A stretch of 64,000 nt of DNA from Raillietiella orientalis (taxonomy: Eukaryota), in assembly GCA_036172245.1 (NCBI GenBank), contig JAYWIR010000033.1, forward strand, positions 868,001 to 932,000. Reading direction: 5' to 3'. The position numbers and the translations under genes were made by a program. Of this stretch, positions 60,844-64,000 are shown piece after piece. Below the pieces are notes generated by a model, which saw only the letters and a list, made by a program, of their open reading frames with translations, made no database searches and was not told the origin of the DNA. How positions within the stretch are numbered: the first letter of the stretch is position 1; the number at the start of each line of letters is the position of its first letter.

Positions 60844-63800
60844 CTGCAATTATTCCAAATTATAATCACCATAAAACATTAATCACATTCAAAACTATTT
60901 GCTTAAATGTATGCAAAGAACAAAGATTACTGTAAGCAATCACTGACATATACTAATAGAAGTAGGCATTAAAACCAATTTCTACGAATCAACATTCGTT
61001 TTCAAGTGGTGGTGATTTGCATAGTTAATAATTTCTCTTGAATAATTACTTTTCCTTCATCAGTATCAGAATCCCATCAATGATCCCACTGATCTCCTTA
61101 ATCTTTTGAACAGATACAAATGAGTTCATGACCTACAGATGCTATATCCCTTTCTTGGACTGCAATGTCCGTTTTGATTAGTAATGTGTAGTTGGTAAAC
61201 GACACATTACATTGGAAGACAAATACATGAACTTAAATAATGTGCCAGCTGTTCTAAATGGTTTTACAGTCCCTAAATTTTGAAAAATCTTACTTTTAAC
61301 CCCATATATTTATTAGGTACTATTAATCAAAAACATGTATGAAGCTAAACTTCCGTAGACAAAATCAGCTATATTAATCAACTTTCCAAATTTCTTCTTC
61401 ATGAAAAATTTTGAAGTTCCTTAGCAGACTAACTAAGATCACATTTAAATTCGTACATTTAAATCTGATTTTACTAAAGAATTTGAGAATTTCCAATACA
61501 CAAATCCTGACAAGCTGAACAGTGCTCCCCTTAGAAAAACACATTATGCTTTTATCGAAAAAGAGTCTCAGCACACTCTTCACAGTATCTTTGTAGTGTT
61601 AACACTTACATAGTACTTGGATTATGTACAGTCTATGTGACACAAAAGTCAAAATCAAGATAAAACCGAAAAATGAAAGGTTTTCTTTTTTTTATCATAT
61701 TACAAAAATCTCGATTACTCCACGGTAAAAAAAAAATTACAATGTAAGATATACATTGACAATGTAGTAACACTGTGCACATATAGAACAGTTAATTACT
61801 TGATATATCCCCCTCCCAAGAAATAGATAATTCAATAAAAGTTCATGGGAATGTAGCATCATCCAAGTCATATAATTAATACAGATGCTATATTTGATAA
61901 TATGGCCAATGCGTTTCTTGGAAATTATGAAAAGGTTTTTCATGATATAACTACTCGATAATATTTAACCAAAGGGCAAAACAATTAAACTATTAAAGAA
62001 TTCAGGTTTGGAAATAAGATTTTTTCAGAATTTCACCATTTTTCACGATGCATTTAGAAACACTCGGGAACTTTTCAACAAACCTATCACACACCAGGCA
62101 CAATAAAATTCAAATGAATAATAATATAATTTTACAAATACAAAAAAGTCAACATACATGTTCATCAACAGAGTATGTCAGCTCGCCATCATCATACAAT
62201 ACAAACCACCGTCTCTGCCAACGCTAAAATGAGAAAACAAAGTTAATACTAAGTTTCTATACAATAAAGCTCGATGATTGAATTGAATCACAACAATTGA
62301 ACCAATACATGATTCAAATCTATGTAATGATCTCTGGTAGAAAGGTTCAAACTCAGACATAACGAATTTTTCATCATAAGCAACAATAATAAATAATTAA
62401 CTTCCACTGAAAACAAATAATTATACATCAAATAATTCTTCCTATTTACATGTATTATATTTTGATGTTTAATTCAATCATACCAAAATTAATGTGAACT
62501 CGCAAATATGTAACTTCAATCTGTAAAACAATCTATGGTGTTCAGTAAATTTCAAAAGTACTTTAAGCTACAGATTTTTCAATAAATTATGATCACTGAT
62601 CATATATTTACAAGTTTTTGGCCTTCAAGCGGTGCTTTTCCACATGTTTACTAATTTTCGGAGCTTGACAAAAAGCTCTTCAGATAAGTTTTTCTTTTTC
62701 AAAATTACTGTTCTATATGACTAAGTTATGTTCCAAAACAACATTCTAATGTATCATGAAGCATGACACCAATCTTGAAACGACAAACAATCTCATGTAA
62801 AATAAAATACCCAAAAATATGAAAATAAGGGCAAGCCTTCTAACATCCTGTGCAAATGTATGTGAATTTAATGATTTGCTTAATGACTCCTCAACGAATA
62901 CATTATATATTTCAAACTTGGATGTATAATACAAACCTGATGGAAGTTTGCTTTATTGTATTTCGATTAAGTTATGCATCTCTTTTCATAGCAGAGTAGA
63001 GAGTACAGAAACACACCCTAGAATGCTTTATCATGTATTTCTGTAATGCAATCGATTCAAAATTTAAAACCATGCTCTGAAAAACAAGTAGAAATCGATG
63101 AAATCTGCTTAAGGTTTTGAAAAGAACTATTGGAATAATGCACTGAGAAAACAAATTAGTTTCAAAGTACTTTTCTCTCAAAAAAATGCAAAGAACTGAA
63201 AATGTTCAAAAATGCTCGTTCTCCTTGGACTCACAAGATGAAAGGCAGTGATGTTTTCTACTTTATTCAACTTTTCTATGCTCAGTTTTTATTTTTTTAA
63301 GTTTTGAAAAAAAAAATTTTGGAGTCATCAATAAGTTCTTCTATCAGCTTCGTCATTTACACAAACCTTAAACAAGCAACAGCTATCAAGGGTAGCTAAT
63401 GATTAATTAATAACCCTTGTTGGCTTAATTTTTTCGAGGCAGTTACTTGAGTTCAAAAAATACTGAACATAGCACCTAAAACTGATTAGACTGATATAAT
63501 TATACAATGTAGGTTTGGTGTTAATAAGAACTCGAACCCAAAACAAAAACTACACATAGTATAATCTGGTTTCTCATTAATCAGGAATATACTGAAAGTG
63601 GCTGGATGTGGATAAAAGAAACTATCTCAGCATGTATCTGTCATGCCACTGAATGACCATGTTATTTGCATTTTTTATCCTAGTAAAAAATACTTGGAAT
63701 ACTGCTACTTTCTCACCTTTATCCTGTAGTGTACCCTAAAGTGAGAAAAAAAGAACAAATCAAGAGAACATTGATTCTGAATTTTGAATCCGGATTTCTC

Positions 63801-64000
63801 TTTACTAAATGTAAAACAATGCAGGATTGTTTAACAGTTTAAAACCACAACTCCATTACAATTACAAAAGGAGTTCAAACAATTCTTGGTAGTATGAAAA
63901 CTGCCTCTAATCAGGGCTTTGAAATATAAATTCACCATGCTAAAGATCGCTTTCATATAAATGCTAAAGACTGTAAACAAATCAGTTCACACAACACACA

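Noticed and set aside
63520..63600. tRNA or SINE B-box-like GGTTCGAG on the minus strand
   Set aside because: No A-box or cloverleaf.

Overview
AT-rich eukaryotic DNA from an invertebrate metazoan (arthropod-like proteins) with a compact gene layout. Most introns are 39-59 nt GT-AG, a few are kb-sized, and many 3' UTRs look very short. I reconstructed eleven conserved genes by hand-splicing: RPN1 (+), an RLF/ZNF292/ZNF654-family gene (-), UBC9 (+, missed by the ORF track), TAF5 (-), RNF11 (+), ZC3HC1/NIPA (-), eIF3g (-), APH-1 (+), a kinesin-2 KIF3B-like gene (-), neurochondrin (+) and the 3' part of outspread/MPRIP (-). Intergenic DNA holds decayed Tc1/mariner and piggyBac-like relics. Most notable: (1) eIF3g and ZC3HC1 lie in tandem 175 bp apart with poly(A) signal, hairpin and splice acceptor between them, an operon-like or dicistronic layout; (2) convergent genes share back-to-back poly(A) signals and some stop codons sit inside AATAAA; (3) a GC/CpG-rich island at about 27.7-29.6 kb carries an unannotated signal-peptide gene and a mariner relic that appears to decay toward GC; (4) several near-perfect palindromes. 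Family assignments come from recalled motifs, not database searches.
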